DNA from: Phoronis australis
Lineage: Eukaryota > Animalia > Phoronida
Assembly: GCA_002633005.1 (NCBI GenBank)
Contig: NMRA01000210.1
Location: forward strand, 1-64,000
Direction: 5' to 3'
Length of the DNA: 64,000 nt
A program made the translations under genes and the position numbers. Of this stretch, positions 30,505-45,500 are shown piece after piece. The notes under the pieces were generated by a model, which made no database searches, had not been told where the DNA came from, and saw only the letters and a program-made list of their open reading frames with translations. Every line of letters begins with the position of its first letter. Within the stretch, counting starts at the first letter, position 1.

Positions 30505-31916
30505 TTTTTTAGTGGTTGATTAAAAATTTGGTATGATAACATTGTTCTCAAGACATTATTTATACATGATTGTGCTGTTTTGTATAAGAGTACTTGAGTC
30601 TAATAATGAAATGATAGGTTTCGTGTTGAGTCTATATTAAGATGTTTCCGTTGCCATTTTTATGGGTCCATTTGTATGTTGGCCTGTTATGCCATCATTC
30701 CTGTCTGCCATCTGCTGCTGTATATCCAACTGAAAACTCCTGAATGGATGTTCCAAGTTCCTACCACGAATGGGATGGAACAGTCGGATCCGACACTCCC
30801 TTATCCCCCTAGTGGCAATTTTAGTTTTGAACAATTACGTCTGTGTCTTTTGAGTTCTGTGATGGATTTTCACGAAATTTGGCAAATAGGTATTTATTAA
30901 GGAGTCGATGACATCTTGACATCTTCCCATTATGGGATGGGTTCAACTTATTTTGCCCAACCCAGTGGCCATGTTTACTGTTTTTAGTATCTGCCTCTCT
31001 ATCCACCAAAGTACTCAAAGAACAAAGAAAAAGGATGAAAATCGACAGATGTGTTCCTGCAAAGTGCAGAATTGATTTTAATCTTCAGATGGCTCGATTA
31101 TTGCCGTAACCCCTAGTGATCGACAGTTTTTTTGCATCTGTTGCTGGTTCTCCTGAACCCCTTGCAAGATCTTTGTTAAATTTGGCAAGTGTATTTTCTT
31201 TAAACTTATAACAACGGATTTTTATATAATTTGAAAAGTATATCTGTATGAGTATGACATCCTTTCATTTTTGGAATGGATTTGACCTATTGCACGCCTC
31301 CTAGTGGCCATTTTTATTATTTTCTAGTCTGGTTTTTGGTGTTGGCCTCTCTATTGGTCAAACCTTTCTAAGGATCCTTATGAAAGTTTCACTGGGAAGA
31401 ACTTGGCTGACGACGATTTTCGGATAGGTATGACTTCAGTGGCGCCCCTTTGTGGCATTTCTGTTTTTTTGCATGTGACTTGACATCTACCAGTCCTTGA
31501 TGGATCTTCATGTAATTTGGTATGCATTTCTATTGAGGAGAGTACAATGGCTACTGTGGAGTCCCCTAATGGCAATTTTGGTTTTCTTGATGTTTGCCTT
31601 GATGCCTAAAATATTCTTTGATGTAATGTCACTTTCTAAACACGCTTCTATCACATAGACCAGAGTAGCTGCCCTGTTTGAATAAAATTTTACTTATGTT
31701 GCGCCCCCTGGTGGCGTTGTAGTATCCAAACTGCTTGAAGAATGGTGGTGAAAGGTGTCAGTTTATTAATTTTGAGAGAGCATTGCTGCACCCATTAAAA
31801 GCTACTTTAAGTATTGCTTCCTTTGGTGGTAATGTTTAATGATAATGATCATACCTTGGATCTGCACTGTACAGGATGTACATGGTGGGCCATATCAACG
31901 CTCTAGGTTGCTCTTG
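30505..31916 (+). mobile_element. Degenerate non-autonomous interspersed repeat with internal sub-repeats
   Basis: Recurrent CCCCTAGTGGC/CCCCCTGGTGGC and (TTC)ATGAAATTTGG-type motifs, ending in ...GCTCTTGT. A similar shorter relic lies at ~27905-28372. Family not determined. Confidence 0.4.
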
Positions 31917-32385
31917 TGTATTCTTCTCATTACCACACCTTGATGATGTAGTGTTACACTTGTTCTTGTCAAGGTAAACCATGTATTTACTAAAAGGGTG
32001 CTGGGAATGTTTTTATCTAGATATTGATCAGAAATGAGTTGAATGTTTTGTGTTCTAACGTTTTATTAGATAACAAAATATATATTTATATGGACTGAAT
32101 TGTTTACATTTGGTGAAGAGTAAAGCCAACTGATTCTAAATCTTCAAAGTTTTATTTTTGACCCATTCTGATATGCCTCTACTGTAAATTTGGTTTTCAA
32201 CAGAGTTTCTTGTACGGATATGGCATGTTCTGTCATAGCCAATTTTTAAATGCGTACGCTCAACTAGTAAATTATGGTTTCCACAACGAAATATCAGACA
32301 AGTTTGGATGAAAACTTGTTGCAAACTACACTCTCGTTTGGCCATACGCCGGGGGGCATGATATTTCGATCGAAAGATTTTAATG

Positions 32386-32760
32386 TTACCTGTACCCCTA
32401 ATTAAAATGTTGGACTCTTCTGTTAATATCTGAGTAAGGTTACATGTACCCTAATTAAAATGTTGGACTCTTCTGGAAATATCTGAGAAATTGGTGACTG
32501 TCAATTGATAAAAGTATATATTTTCTGAAACTAGGAATCGATACAAATCTAATCATGTCATTCACAACTCTATCTTTCTTGTGGTCATGCGTTTTTGGCA
32601 AAAATGGAAGTTAAGGGTACATTGATAGGGAAAAGTAGTCACTCACGGAATTTTCTGTATCAAAACTGATGAAAATGCTCAAAAATCGTGTCTGGGAATC
32701 TCCTGTCAGCGCCAGTTTTTTAATGGTATTTTCTATGAAATAGGGGTACACGTAACCTTG
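32386..32760. mobile_element. TIR-bounded MITE with a duplicated left end
   Basis: AAGGTTACATGTACCCTA (~32437) versus TAGGGGTACACGTAACCTT (~32741-32759). GTTAC.TGTACCC(C)TAATTAAAATGTTGGACTCTTCTG occurs twice at the left end. Confidence 0.5.
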
Positions 32761-34049
32761 CCTAACATTACAGATAAGAACTTGAATTTTCCCGAATCAG
32801 TGGAAATCACTTCTCTTAAAGGTGCATTCTTGCCGTTTAGTTACCAATTAATGTTAATGTAGACCAGTGCCACCAAACAGAATGTAGTTTGCATCGATTC
32901 ATCCCGAGAAGTTTTATTCGATAACAGCAGCTTACGCTTTTTTAGTTGACGTTGGTGCTCAAACTCCTGTGACGTCACTGAAAGGGTCGTGGATGTGTGT
33001 CGCGTAACTTCGCTCTAGGCGTGAATCAAGAAAGCTAATCGCCTGCCATTACCGTTTTACACCAATGGAACATCAGATAACGATACAAAACCCTTAAGGA
33101 TACTGTCAAATTTCGAATTAAAGAGTTGTTTTATCCCATAACTCTCGTATTGAATTGAATTGCGTCTGAGGTCAGTTGACGTTTCGATTGGCGGCCATTT
33201 TCCAGTCTACTGACGCATCGCTGGCCAAAATTGAAACGCTTTTGCGTTATAAAAAACTGTCTTTAGTTTTAATTTACACCTGTCAGGTACTTTTGTGGTT
33301 CAGGTTTAGCCGACAAAAAACTTTCGTTATCACAAAGTGATCTCCGGGATCGTGGAACTGCTGCGCCGCAAGTTCTTGAAGTAGAACATCTTTATTCCCC
33401 CATCTCCAAACAGTGTGCCCGAAAAAAGTAAACCAAAGGGTATCATGGTTGTGCGGGTGGATAGGCCATTTTATAACGCTGCAAATGGACAGGCTACATG
33501 CCAGCTTCCGGCTCCGGCGACGCTGTACGCAGGCATCGACACACATGCGTTCGGGTGACGAGTACTTTGGCAACTAGGCGGACCCAAAGGCCCAGGACAT
33601 TGTAAACATCCAAACAATTAGCATGTAGCAAACTGAACGAGGGAGAAATTCGAGATCGGGTGGCTTTACTGCTTGATATGCCACATCCAACGACAGAGTT
33701 GCTTGCAGGAGTGTTTGCCAGCATTAACATTTGGGACTCTTAAAGACGTGTTTTACTACCTCCATTAGACAGCCTAAATACTAGAACTATGGATCATCAT
33801 TTAAACTCGTGAAGTGTCCACCTTATCTACGGGAAGAGTCCCTCGTCGACGTTTAATGAGGCCGTCGCGGATTACACAGCGACACTTGAATCTCGCTGTA
33901 TTTACACACAATGCCCTAAACATCCGTCACTCACTTTTATTGCCTCGTTTTCGTGTCACTGGAGTTTCACATTTGTTGTGTGATTCGTTATAAGTTTTCT
34001 CGGTTGCATTACTACATTCATGCTTCCAATGTCACATTGCCGGGGTTCA

Positions 34050-35070
34050 TTAATTTATTTATTTATTATTGTGATATTTAAAATGAGGGTGGCCTCTTCA
34101 GTGATAGCACTGCTTCTTTCCAAGAGGGCCCTCAACAAGAAAAACAGTAATATAATACAATTAAGTAATAAAACAACAATGAAATATAGGTAACAAAGAT
34201 ACAATTAAAACAGGTTGAGAATTAAGACAATAACTGAATGACGAATAATGGTAAAAATTTAACTAAGACAGATGAAATAAATTAAGAGATGACTCTAGAC
34301 AGTGAGAGTATTTACGGCAATGAAAAAAATGATATGATTAAGACAGGCAGGGTATAAAAGGTTAGGTAAATTACAGCCATTTTTTAGTATTTACTTTAAA
34401 TGTAGTAATTGAATTGGACCGTTTAATTTCTGGGCTAAGAGAATTCCATATTATAGCAGCTGCATAGATAAAAGATCTCTTGCCCGTCTCGGTTTTAATT
34501 TTTTTAGAAGAAACATTGCCAGCAACAGAAGAACGTGTAGAATATACAGCCCCACTGCTATTGAATTTACTGCTGAGATATGCTGGAGCCAAGCCATTGA
34601 TACATCTGTACATACAACAGGCAGAGAGATATTTATTTCTTTGTCTTACTTTCATGAATCCCAGCTTGGAATACAAGTCGTCAACCCTAGTGTCCCTAAT
34701 TTTAGTACCCAGAATAGCCCTGGCGGCTCTATTTTGGATTGCTTGGACTTTGCTGACAAGTGTGTCACTAGTGTGCCCTCAAACCGGTAAACAACAATAT
34801 GAGGCTGAATAATAGAATGGTAAAGGGTCTTAAGAGTACTGACATTAAGAAATTTGCCTAGACGTTTAAGTACACCGATTTTCTTTGATAATTTCTTTGT
34901 GATATGATCTATTTACATATCAAATTTAAGATTGGGATCTAAAGTAAAGCCCAAGTACTTAAACTTGTCAACGATTCTCGATGGGAGAACCGTTGATAGA
35001 AAGGGATAGTTTTTGTTTTAATTTCTGGTGGGTTCCAAACAGCATCGACTTGGTTTTACTAACGTTAAGA
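34050..35070 (-). mobile_element. 5'-truncated L2/CR1-group LINE (end of RT, C-terminus and 3' UTR)
   Basis: Broken frames encode LNVSKTKSMLFGT...INGSPIE, KFKYLGFTLDPNL and MYRCINGLAPAYL...GKRSFIYAAAIIWNSL. These are followed by an AT-rich 3' UTR with a GAGGG...CCCTC stem-loop and an (AAT/AAAT) tail. Confidence 0.85.
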
Positions 35071-38000
35071 GTGCAATATGTGCCAGGTGGGACGAACGCC
35101 GTCACAAATTGCTGCACGGGCGACAATACAGTACGTACAATATCAATTTTCATGACGTCGCGCCAGGCGCGTAATCGCCAGGGGAACGTGTCGAGTGCGT
35201 GAATCATGCCACAACAGTCGTGTATTTTTGTTTGTGCAGATTTAATCTGAGAACAACGTTGTTTTCAGAGGTCACGGTGAGTGAGCTAGGTATTAAAGAT
35301 CAGGGTGTTTCTGAAATATGCTTCTGTGAGTAAACTAATTATCAGCTGTATATATGCTTGGTCACTTTCTTGTGAAACAACACAAGGTGAACTTTAATGA
35401 TAAAAACGTCAAGATTACATGCACGTAAAAAGGCAACGCTCCTACTGGTGTCACAACTCACAAATTTGGCCATGGAATCTAATGTAGACAAGTTCAGAGG
35501 TTCACCAGTCTAAAGTTTCACCAAGACAAAGACCCCTAACGCGTGATCACCGGCACCGGAGCAGCAAAATATATCAGTGGTCACCAAGCCTAAGTTATCA
35601 ACCTAGAAACAAATATTAGATACATCTACATGTAAGTGTTTAATCTTAACCCAGCAATAAACCGGGTGGGATCAAATGTTTACTTTGAATAACAGATCGA
35701 GACACAACACCACGTCGCAGACAGATGTTGCATAACTCAAAACTTGAGGTTCAAGAGAATACCTGACACTTATCTAAAATTCTATTTCGATTTGAAAACC
35801 AAGCAACAGTTTTAATTTCTGAAATCCCAGAAGGAGTGCCCCAGGATAGTTTTTTCTGACAGAAATAAGGGTGTTCTTTCAGACATAACGCTTAATCGTC
35901 TTGAGACACCGTCCGGAGTTGGTATATGGTGCAAGTCAGGACGGTCTGGGGTCTACAGAAAGCCACAGTTCAACTGTGAGTCTACACCAACTTAAACGGG
36001 AGTAGTTCTAGGTGGAATTGGTAGTTTTAACGCCTAAAACTTCAGTTCAGTGACTAAATAATTATCTTAAATCATAACGCAAGCTTCCCAATAAAAACAG
36101 CCAAATTTCTAAACCTGAACAGGCAAGCACGCGTAATGCTTAATCTGAACAGAATTTAGTATGCATGCACATACATGCACCCTCATTCGATGCAGTATTC
36201 GTCATTTTCCGTACGACGTTATATGTGCTAATAAATAGAGCTTAAGAAACGTTTTAGGCGCCAAATGCGACCTTCCTCTTTTCTAACGAAATTTTAAGGA
36301 ACCGGGACTGTTTTTCAATAGCCTAGTAAAACTATGCAGGCATATACATTGAAGATCAAAAATTATTTCGCATCCACTATGACCATTCACCACTAACTTC
36401 ACTGCACGCTGTTTTCAAACGTTCAATCGGCGAATTTTAAATTTTTAGACATTTCAAGCAAAAACTATCAGGGAAATGGAATGGCGCCAGTTAGCCATCG
36501 AACACGTTGTATTTCCAAGGGAATGGTCTTTAAGAAAGTATTCCTCTGGTCGTCATGAACCATGCTGGATTCGGTTGGTATGCAGTACAATTCCTTTCAA
36601 AAACTGCACGCTTTACGGACTGCTAAACACGGTGTCTTACGCAAAAACACGACTCTCGTAAGTGAAAACACCGTTCACTGACTCACATCACGGGATCGGA
36701 CTCAAAAAACGATTCATTAACCCAAAATACATGATCACGGACTCGCATGCATTCTCGTAGAAACACAGCACACGTACCGCCAAACACGGTTTACGGATAA
36801 AATGTAGAAATCGACATCGACAGTTGTGTAATGAGAGCTAGATTAAATATTATTTTGATCACATGTTTGTATATAATGTGATGTAATTGTTGTGAATAAC
36901 AAACAATAAACATTATTTTTATGTGTGGCTGCTTTTTTGTTCTACAATTCATTGACGTCCAAACTCTTTTTGTAACATAATTTCTCAATTTTGACACTAT
37001 ACGTGAGAGCAGAGACTTCCGTTATCTTCTGATTTCTTCTCAAAATGATGTGTACCGTTAATTCAAACTCCGTAAAAAGATTCTCTGTTTCAATTCCCTT
37101 TCTGCGTTGTTATCACTATTTCGCGTAATACACAAAAAATTAATTTTGACTGTTTTTTACATTTTTATGTCATCCTAATCTTTAATTCTTGATGCACAGT
37201 ATACTGAAGAAAAATAAAATCCGTCTGAAAATCCAAAGTTGTTTTTAGCTATATTTGACCAAACCTCAGTAAGTCATTTGGCTTGAGTGCTCACGACTGA
37301 CAACTGGGGCGGAGCTTATGCAAGGACACTAGCTCCAACCCTGTCAACAAACATTGCGTAACCGGGCAATCGAGAGTGTTGTACCAGCTGATATTGATGT
37401 TGTAGCGAGACCAAAAATAAAATAATTCTATTTTTGACCATGTGAAAATTGGTAGTGAAATGGTGAACTAGCTCCTGTTCCGAGCCTGAGCCTGTTTGTC
37501 TATCTGCAAAAAATAAGTTGAGTACGCCAAGTCGTACCGAAGAAGCCATCACTGCACTCAGTTGAGGAGTCGGTGCAGAAATTGTGCGTGTACAAGAGAA
37601 GTCGGTAAGGTGAGGTGTCTTGCGAGAGGACGCTGAGCGTCGACGTGGGTGGTGTTGCACGATTCAGTGAGAGTGCATGCACGCACTGTGAAGACACGCC
37701 GCGCGCGCAACACATGGACAACTACATGCCGTCAGAGTAGACTCTTTGCGGATAAACCGTGCTTATGTGCTGGGAACGCGCCGTGGAGAAACTAGGCTGT
37801 CAAACCCATGGGATTTTTTAGCTTGCCACTGGCCGTAACCCAAAGAATTAAAGAAATAAAATGACCCAGTGTTCAACATAACAAAAATTTTCTGGTGCAT
37901 AGATTCAAACGTATCCCTGAATTAAAACTCATGGTATTATACGATTTTAGAGGAAAGCAATATAAAAACTTTGGTAACTTGAGAATGTCACCCAAGCGAC

Positions 38001-38112
38001 GCTATTTGCGCAGAAAGTGATAATTTCTTATCCCAAAGTCCATTCGGTACAGGCACGTAAAAATGTTGAACCATTACTATGAAAGTGGTTCTTTATCCTC
38101 GTCGCCAATAAT

Positions 38113-38203
38113 GTTATGTAGACAGTAACGCGGCGATTTGATATAACACATATATTTTGTTATGTAGACAGTAACGCGGCGATTTGATATAACACATATA
38201 TTG
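38113..38203. repeat. Local tandem duplication of ~45 bp
   Basis: GTTATGTAGACAGTAACGCGGCGATTTGATATAACACATATATT occurs twice in tandem. Confidence 0.9.
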
Positions 38204-39557
38204 GTTGATGATAATATTGGAATACTAACAAATAGGTCTGTGTAATATAGTTAGAGAGTCTTTTACTACACTGAGTGGAGAGTTCAGATGAATCGTATAA
38301 ACAATCAACACATGGTTTTAATGTGAGGTCGGCACACCTGTACAGCAGACAATAGATCAACGCTAAGCTCCGCCCACGTGACAGCCATATTTGTTTTGGT
38401 GGTCTATTGTGCTTCACAAGTTCGAAAAAATGATTAAAATTACGCTGTAAACAAACAGGTATGTCACATTTTCTAAATATCAGCTTTATTTCTAGTACTT
38501 CAACAAAGTTGGAACATAATGACGACGCATTCTGAACGAAATTTGATCTCAAGTGGCAATCGATGACCGCTTAACTTCAAAGCCGTTTTTCTCGGCTCGT
38601 GATTTCAGGATAGTGACAAGATTCTCGGGCCTAGTTTTCCGCAACACGAGGGTCAATTTTTAGGAAATTTGCAAATTTGAAATCCTCTAGGACTGAAGTA
38701 AAATCGCGTGCCAGGGTTTTTTGATACGTGGACCATATTTTTAGTTATTATACGGAAAGTGACCAAGTGACAAAAAGTGACGTGCTTGCCCCAACTCACA
38801 CGCAAAAAAATGCCGCAAAATCAAGATCGTAATGATTTTGTACATATATTTGGTATGAATAAGTAGAATATTGCGTAAGGAAACAGTTGATGATAATCCC
38901 TGTGCATTTTGAAAAAAAATTCGAGGTAAAATTGGATTATTGGAAAATTAAAAAATACGATTTAAAAAAAACGAACTACAAAAAATTTTTTTTTCGATTT
39001 TTGTCACTTTCAGAGTCATGTCTAACTAGTCAAAACTCATTTTTTACTCATTTCAGGTAGGAACCTGGAGATTTGACCAGTGTATACACCTACCTTAACT
39101 GTGTGGTTTAGGTACCTTGATATTTCCAACATACTTGCATGCACGATACTCTTTGCAACGAGCTACTCTCATAAATCAGTGACATATTGTCTTTTCATTC
39201 CTTATATATGAAAGATACGAAGCGCACATTATATTCTACAGTTCGTTTTATCCCAGATAAGATGACCACCGAGGATGCCGAGGTTGCGCATAAAACGGAA
39301 AGTTAACAAAAATTGACGCAAGCCCAAATAACCCCCTTGCCTGGATGCTTATTGGACAGGTGCCTTGTTGCGCACGATATCCCGCCCCCCTCCCCCTTAT
39401 CTGGCCTCTGCTGATTGTGAACCACTTCAGTAACCTCGATATTGACCTTTTTCTTTCTTCAGGAATTACCCAGAGGGCAGGCATCACGGGTGCACAGGCA
39501 CAGATATTGTAGTTTCACTATAGTAACACAGGTGATTAGAGCAAGTTACTCTCAGCT

Positions 39558-42500
39558 ATGGAGACAGCGCATCCGAGAATGATTGGGTGAGTTTTTGAGC
39601 AATTTGTCACCTGAATTAAAAGATACGAGCGTATTCTCTGTCAGTACAACATCCACTGATGTTTCGGGGAATAGGCGAGATGGGTGTTTTTCAAGGTCGC
39701 TCACATGATCGCATGCGAAAAGATGCCTTTAGTCCGACCACGTTCAACAGAAGTGTTCACTTGGCGGCCGGGTTGCCAGTTCATAGTCATTTGGGCCCGG
39801 TTCGCAACTGAAAACTTCAGACGGAATTCAAGGTTGATTACATCCCGAGGGTCCCACATATGCTTCGTCAAATTTGGTCCAGTGAACGTGTTGCTTTCCG
39901 AGGTTTCAAACCCGTATAAGAAGGCCGATTAACTTACAGTGTACATTGGTCTCTTTATTTGGTTTGGCTTCCTTGTTGTTGAAACAGCAAATAACAAGTG
40001 ACCCTTTGGCATGGGGTTTTTTATGAATAACCAAGCGGCACCAATATTGCCTTCTCTATTGAACAAAACCATTAATTGCCGAAGCATAATTTTGGAATGT
40101 GCGTTCTTTGTTGAATGAAACCTTTCATTGTCGAAACTAGACGTGAATAAGCACTGAGTGTCGCAGTGAAGCTCTCAAAACTCATGTGTCTTCTTTGTTG
40201 GACAAAACCACTGCTAAAGAAAAGCATCGATCAGCAATTGATTATTCATTAGGTACAAATCATAATACAATTGCCACTGGGCGACACTGCATGCGCGCTG
40301 AAAATGACTGAGGTAGACCGGTACAGACACTAAGCACAACACACAGCAATACGCAGCTGCATAAGGAGCGGGTGGGTTAATACGCTGTCAAACTAAGGTC
40401 AAAGGAGCAGTCATGGTTTATTACATTTTCTCGTCTTGTGGGAGACAACAAGCTAGAGACGCAACCCTGCGCGGCCTAGTGCCTGTTACACTGGTCATTC
40501 TCATTTACACGCGCCAACCAGTGTCAGGATCCCGGGAACAGTCTGGTGTCCTCGTATCTTTTCAACTCCACTAGAGAGCCTTAGATCTGTAGGAGCAAAC
40601 CGTCTACAGTGTACGTTTGGGTTGTGACGGTTAACCCGGCCTGTGTCTGACGTCACTGATAGTGGTGCCGGCGACTTCCATTAAATTTGTTTGAGTACTA
40701 TATACTTTTCGTAGGCTTACTAATGCAATTAAGTCAAAGTTGAAGTGAAAAAGTCTAGGTGTTGTGTAATCTTCATGGTTTCGTGGCTGTTTGAAAACCT
40801 ACGTCTACAGTTTCTTTTCTCACTGAACAAATTCATATTCCAATTTTTGCAATAGCCTTAAAGGAGAATGCCACCCGATTTAATTAGTCTTTTTTACCGT
40901 CTTAATCGGTCTATATCCACATCGCCTCTTATACGGTCGACCTCACCTTGCCGAGAGGTGTCGCGTTAACCTGTGAGGAAGGTGAGAAACGACGCAGCAA
41001 CATCAGAGGTTCGTCTGCAGAGTGAATGCCTCTATATTGCGATGCATCGTTCCCGCTTGTAACTATGACGCTGCGAAGAAAGCGGGCATATCGTTTTTTC
41101 GACTTCCTTGAGAACCCGAAATGCTTAGGAAGTGGCTCGCGGTAGTGAAGAATGAAAGGTAAGCTGTTAATAGCAAGTATGAGGCCGCGAAACATCTCTG
41201 TGACGGGCCGGCATTTCGACCATGGTGAACTCTCAGACGAATTCCGGCTTACCTAAGAACTATCCATACGTTCCGTTGCCTGTGCATGTTCACGACGCCT
41301 CTTTAGTATTTCTTGATCAGTCAAATACCTAACTATATTTAGTTATAGACTTCCACGATTTTACATTTGTCAACACGTCGCCTGCACCGATACCACTCGT
41401 TTATTGCGCCACGTATGAAGTTTTCTGCAAATTATTGGAATCTTTTGTCCAGCTGCATTTTCCTGGTGCTACCAAAGCCCTTTTTTATGGACGCTTTGAC
41501 GAAATCAAACGTTAACCACTTACCGGTACAAACGACAAGTTGCCTCTACACGAAGTGGATGCAGGCATTTCGTTGCCATGTTCCATATGGATACCATTGT
41601 ATTAAATAGTTATTGAATCCAGTTGTCAACGAATCGAACAGTTGTTGATAGTGACACAAGATTCCACAAGTCAAGGCTTCGCACTTTACTGGACAGCTAG
41701 GCATTACGTCGGGCGCTTTATATGAGTGGGCTTCCGTACGTGAGCCGGACTACCATCGCACCCAAAACTATGTTGGCAAAGATCACGAGGGAAAACGTTG
41801 ACATTAATACCCCCAGGTCTGGAAGTTTTCTGTCCTTATATTGCTTATTCTGCGGAACTTATGCGTGTCACTCACTGGCAGTAGTTTTTCAGTACTTATT
41901 TGGGCTTCAAAAATCAGGTCGTGTCAGCTCCAACAGTCTGTTCCAAAAGATGAACAAAACATGCAAAAATGAGTAGAATACCAGGCCGAAGACTTAAATA
42001 AACTCGCAAAAAATCTATTGAAACTAAGTCCAAAGTCAAACATTCCATCTTTTACAACGACCGGAAGTGCATCTGGCTACTTAAAAAACGAGCAAGAATA
42101 TATAAAATCAGCAGTTTTCACCCAAAAGCCACTATTTGTGTGCAGTTACTACGACCTAAAAGACAGTGAATTCAGACTGACGCAACTCTCCACATTACAG
42201 AAATCAGATAAAAAGTGAGTGTCGACAAGCCAGCTTTGTTACATAATTATCCAAAGTATCCAAAGTGTACACGAATTTCCTGTTAAATTTCAACTTCCCA
42301 CTTGCAAGCTGTGTTTAAACCCTTCTTTCACATCATGGTCATAAATGCTTGAATTTGGTTACTAACAATATTGATATGATATTTTTTAGTATTTCTTCTT
42401 CAATTTGTGTACTTGTAAGCAAGAAATAAATGCAAAAGTAAGAAGAAATGTCTGAAGTGATTGGTGGAAGTCCGGTCTCCGCCATTTTGTTGTTCTACCG

Positions 42501-45500
42501 GAGTGGTTTCTAAATGAGTTGAATATTGCCGGAGACCAGTATTGTGAAAAGGTACACAGTACAGTAAGAGCAATCGGACAACAATATTTCAGTTTTTGTG
42601 TTTTCAAAAGGCTCTAAGATCACACAGAGATGGTACAGGCTCGTGCGTTGGACACGGCGTGGCACTACACGGTGGTTTAAAGGGCTACGCTGTGCTCAAC
42701 ACATTTCGAAGAAACGTGCTTCGACGCGTCGTTGGAATGGAGATTTGCTGAAGGTTTCTCTATCGTGTAAGGGCATTTGATGGACAAAAGTAATGTGTTG
42801 AGTTGAACCACAGCTCAATGGGCTCGTGCCGGATGTCACTGTCAGGCGCACATACACCGTAGGTCTATTGAATATCATCCTCAGCATCAAATTTTAAGAG
42901 TCTATGCTTCTTACAGATTTTTTTGGGAATGCATGCTATCCACATATACGTCATATACGATGGATAAAAGAGTTGTAGTGTTGTACCGTTGCTGGGAACG
43001 TGGTTGTCAGGCCGCATACATATTGAGTGATCTAGTTTCACTACGGCCGTCAGAGCAGTGTAGTTTGTAATTTTGGAACAGACAAGACAGAAACAAGTAT
43101 CATTTATTAGAAAAAAAAATCCAGTTAGCATCACAACAATTAGACATGATCGTTCCTGACACACGCACTGGGCTTTCGAAGAACGAAATCAATATGGCCG
43201 CTACTCGCCACCGTGCTTTGACACTGAGTTAAGGTAAAACGTTTGGTTATAGATTACAGTTCGAGACATACAGTATATAACTCCACACGTACTTGTGGTT
43301 AGAAAATCAAACCGTGATTCAAAGGCTACAATGGCTATACTCGCAAATCAGGGGCCTGTTCCAAGAAACTGACTTAAGTTCACTTTTGACTTAAGTTTAA
43401 GATTTGTCTTAAATTCCAAACTTTGAAACTTCCACATTCGGTAAGTTAGACAAAATTAAGACAAAACTTGTGTCAAACACTGAAGTCAAACATGAGATCT
43501 CTTTCTTGAACTGGTTTTGAGACAACTTTAACTTTTACCTCATAATTTACTAAAATTTAGGATTTGTCTTAGCTAAGTCAGTTTTGTTAGAACGAGCCCC
43601 AGGTCTGTCCGCAGACTGAGTAGGACTGAGTCGGCTTCACTCGCCGAAGGAGCTGGTCCGGGAGGGTCAAGTTCGTACGACTTCAAACCCGCAAAGTCCT
43701 GCAATATAGCGAGGTCTAACTCATTATCTAGTCACCTGTTGCCTGAGTGTCGTCTGCGATTTATTACGCCTTCACATGCACTTAAGTGATTTAGGTGATT
43801 TATTGAGAAATATACACATGGCCATAGGCCCCAAGTAAATCATGTACACGACAGAACATTGTTAGGTGCCACGTTTCAAACTGGAGAATACATTGATTGC
43901 AAGATAGACGAATTTAATAAGTAGGATATCCGGAGTTCTTATGAGAGATTCAAATTTAGATGTCGAGGGAGAATGACAAAACGATCACTTAAGTACTTAA
44001 CCCGAAAGTGTTGGTACGCACTACAAACTAACACAACGTGGTATTCGTCCTCAGTCTACACATCCCGAATTACATAACTCACACAACCTGTTTTCATAAG
44101 GAATATTTGTGTAGCGACCTCTTTCCACTAGTAACGAATGATTTGAACAATCGATTCAGAGACTGGATAAAAATGGGTTGGATATCAACCATTTCTAGAT
44201 AATTCTCAAGACGATACATTGTTTTATACCTCACATAGTAAGGCAGTTTTGCGTTACATTCGATATCAGATTGCCAACCTTGCAAATAACAGTCGTTGAC
44301 ACGTCGAGAAAAAACTGTCAAGAAATACGCTTGGTTTGCCACACCCTGATTAATCCATACATCTGAAAAGCCATACATAGACAGAAGTTTCCTTACAAAA
44401 CTTGCCCAATTATAGCAAGATCTTCCAATCACGTCTGCCTGAAAAAGCATATCATATGCAGCTTTTACCCCACGATTACTAGGCATCTCCAGTATGTTGA
44501 ACCAGTATTTTATACAAGAAACAAAATATTTAGTAGACAATGGGAATCGACCACATTCTCCCATAAGTGCCGAGTTTGAACAACAACTGCCTACTCCTAA
44601 AATGCGTTTACAAAATTTGATATGTACATTTTCCAATTGTTCATATTCCTTAAAGCCCAATATCTCAGCGCCGTAATACAGAGAGGGGTAAACTATTTTA
44701 TCGAACAAGTGAAAGGCTATTGACGGGGGCAGATCACGACATCTTCGCCTTAGTTTACAAACTGCAGAGGCAGCTTTATTTGCTTGACTAGATAAGGCTT
44801 TAATGGCTTTGGTCCACGAAACTTTTGGAGTAATAAGTAGTGCAAGGTATTTGTAATGAGGCACCACATCAACCAATGTTCCATTGTAAAACCATTTCTC
44901 ATATCGTCTAAGGGGACCGCCATTTCTGAAAACGACCACTTTAGTTTTCTTCAAGTTTACTTGCATGCCCCATGATTTGCAAAATTCTGCCAAACAATTA
45001 AGCATACGTCTTAAGTTGATGGCGGTAGAGGAACATAACACCATATCGTCTGCGTACAGTAGGGAGTTGACTCTTGGCATTTGTTCGCTGTTTTTATGGG
45101 CTATTAATATAACTTTTTACACTCAGTTGATCCCGAAATTCATTTAGATACAACACAAATAATGATGGGCTGATCATGCAACCCTGGCGACTACCTACAG
45201 TACAATCAAAGAACTCTGTAAGACCATCTTGAGTTTTCACACAAGTGCGCAACTTACTATACATAGAGCGGATTATATTGAAAATTTTACCATGCACATC
45301 AATGTTTTTCAATCTATGGAATAGTAAATTATGTGGGATTCGATCGAAGGCCTTCGAGAAATCTACAAAGGCACAGTAAAATTTTCCACCCTGCCGAATC
45401 AAATACTTGTGGCACATAGCTCGAAGTGTAAACACTTGGTCAATCGTAGAGTAGCCTTTTCTAAACCCAGCTTGAGACTCATAAAGTTTATCATTATTTT

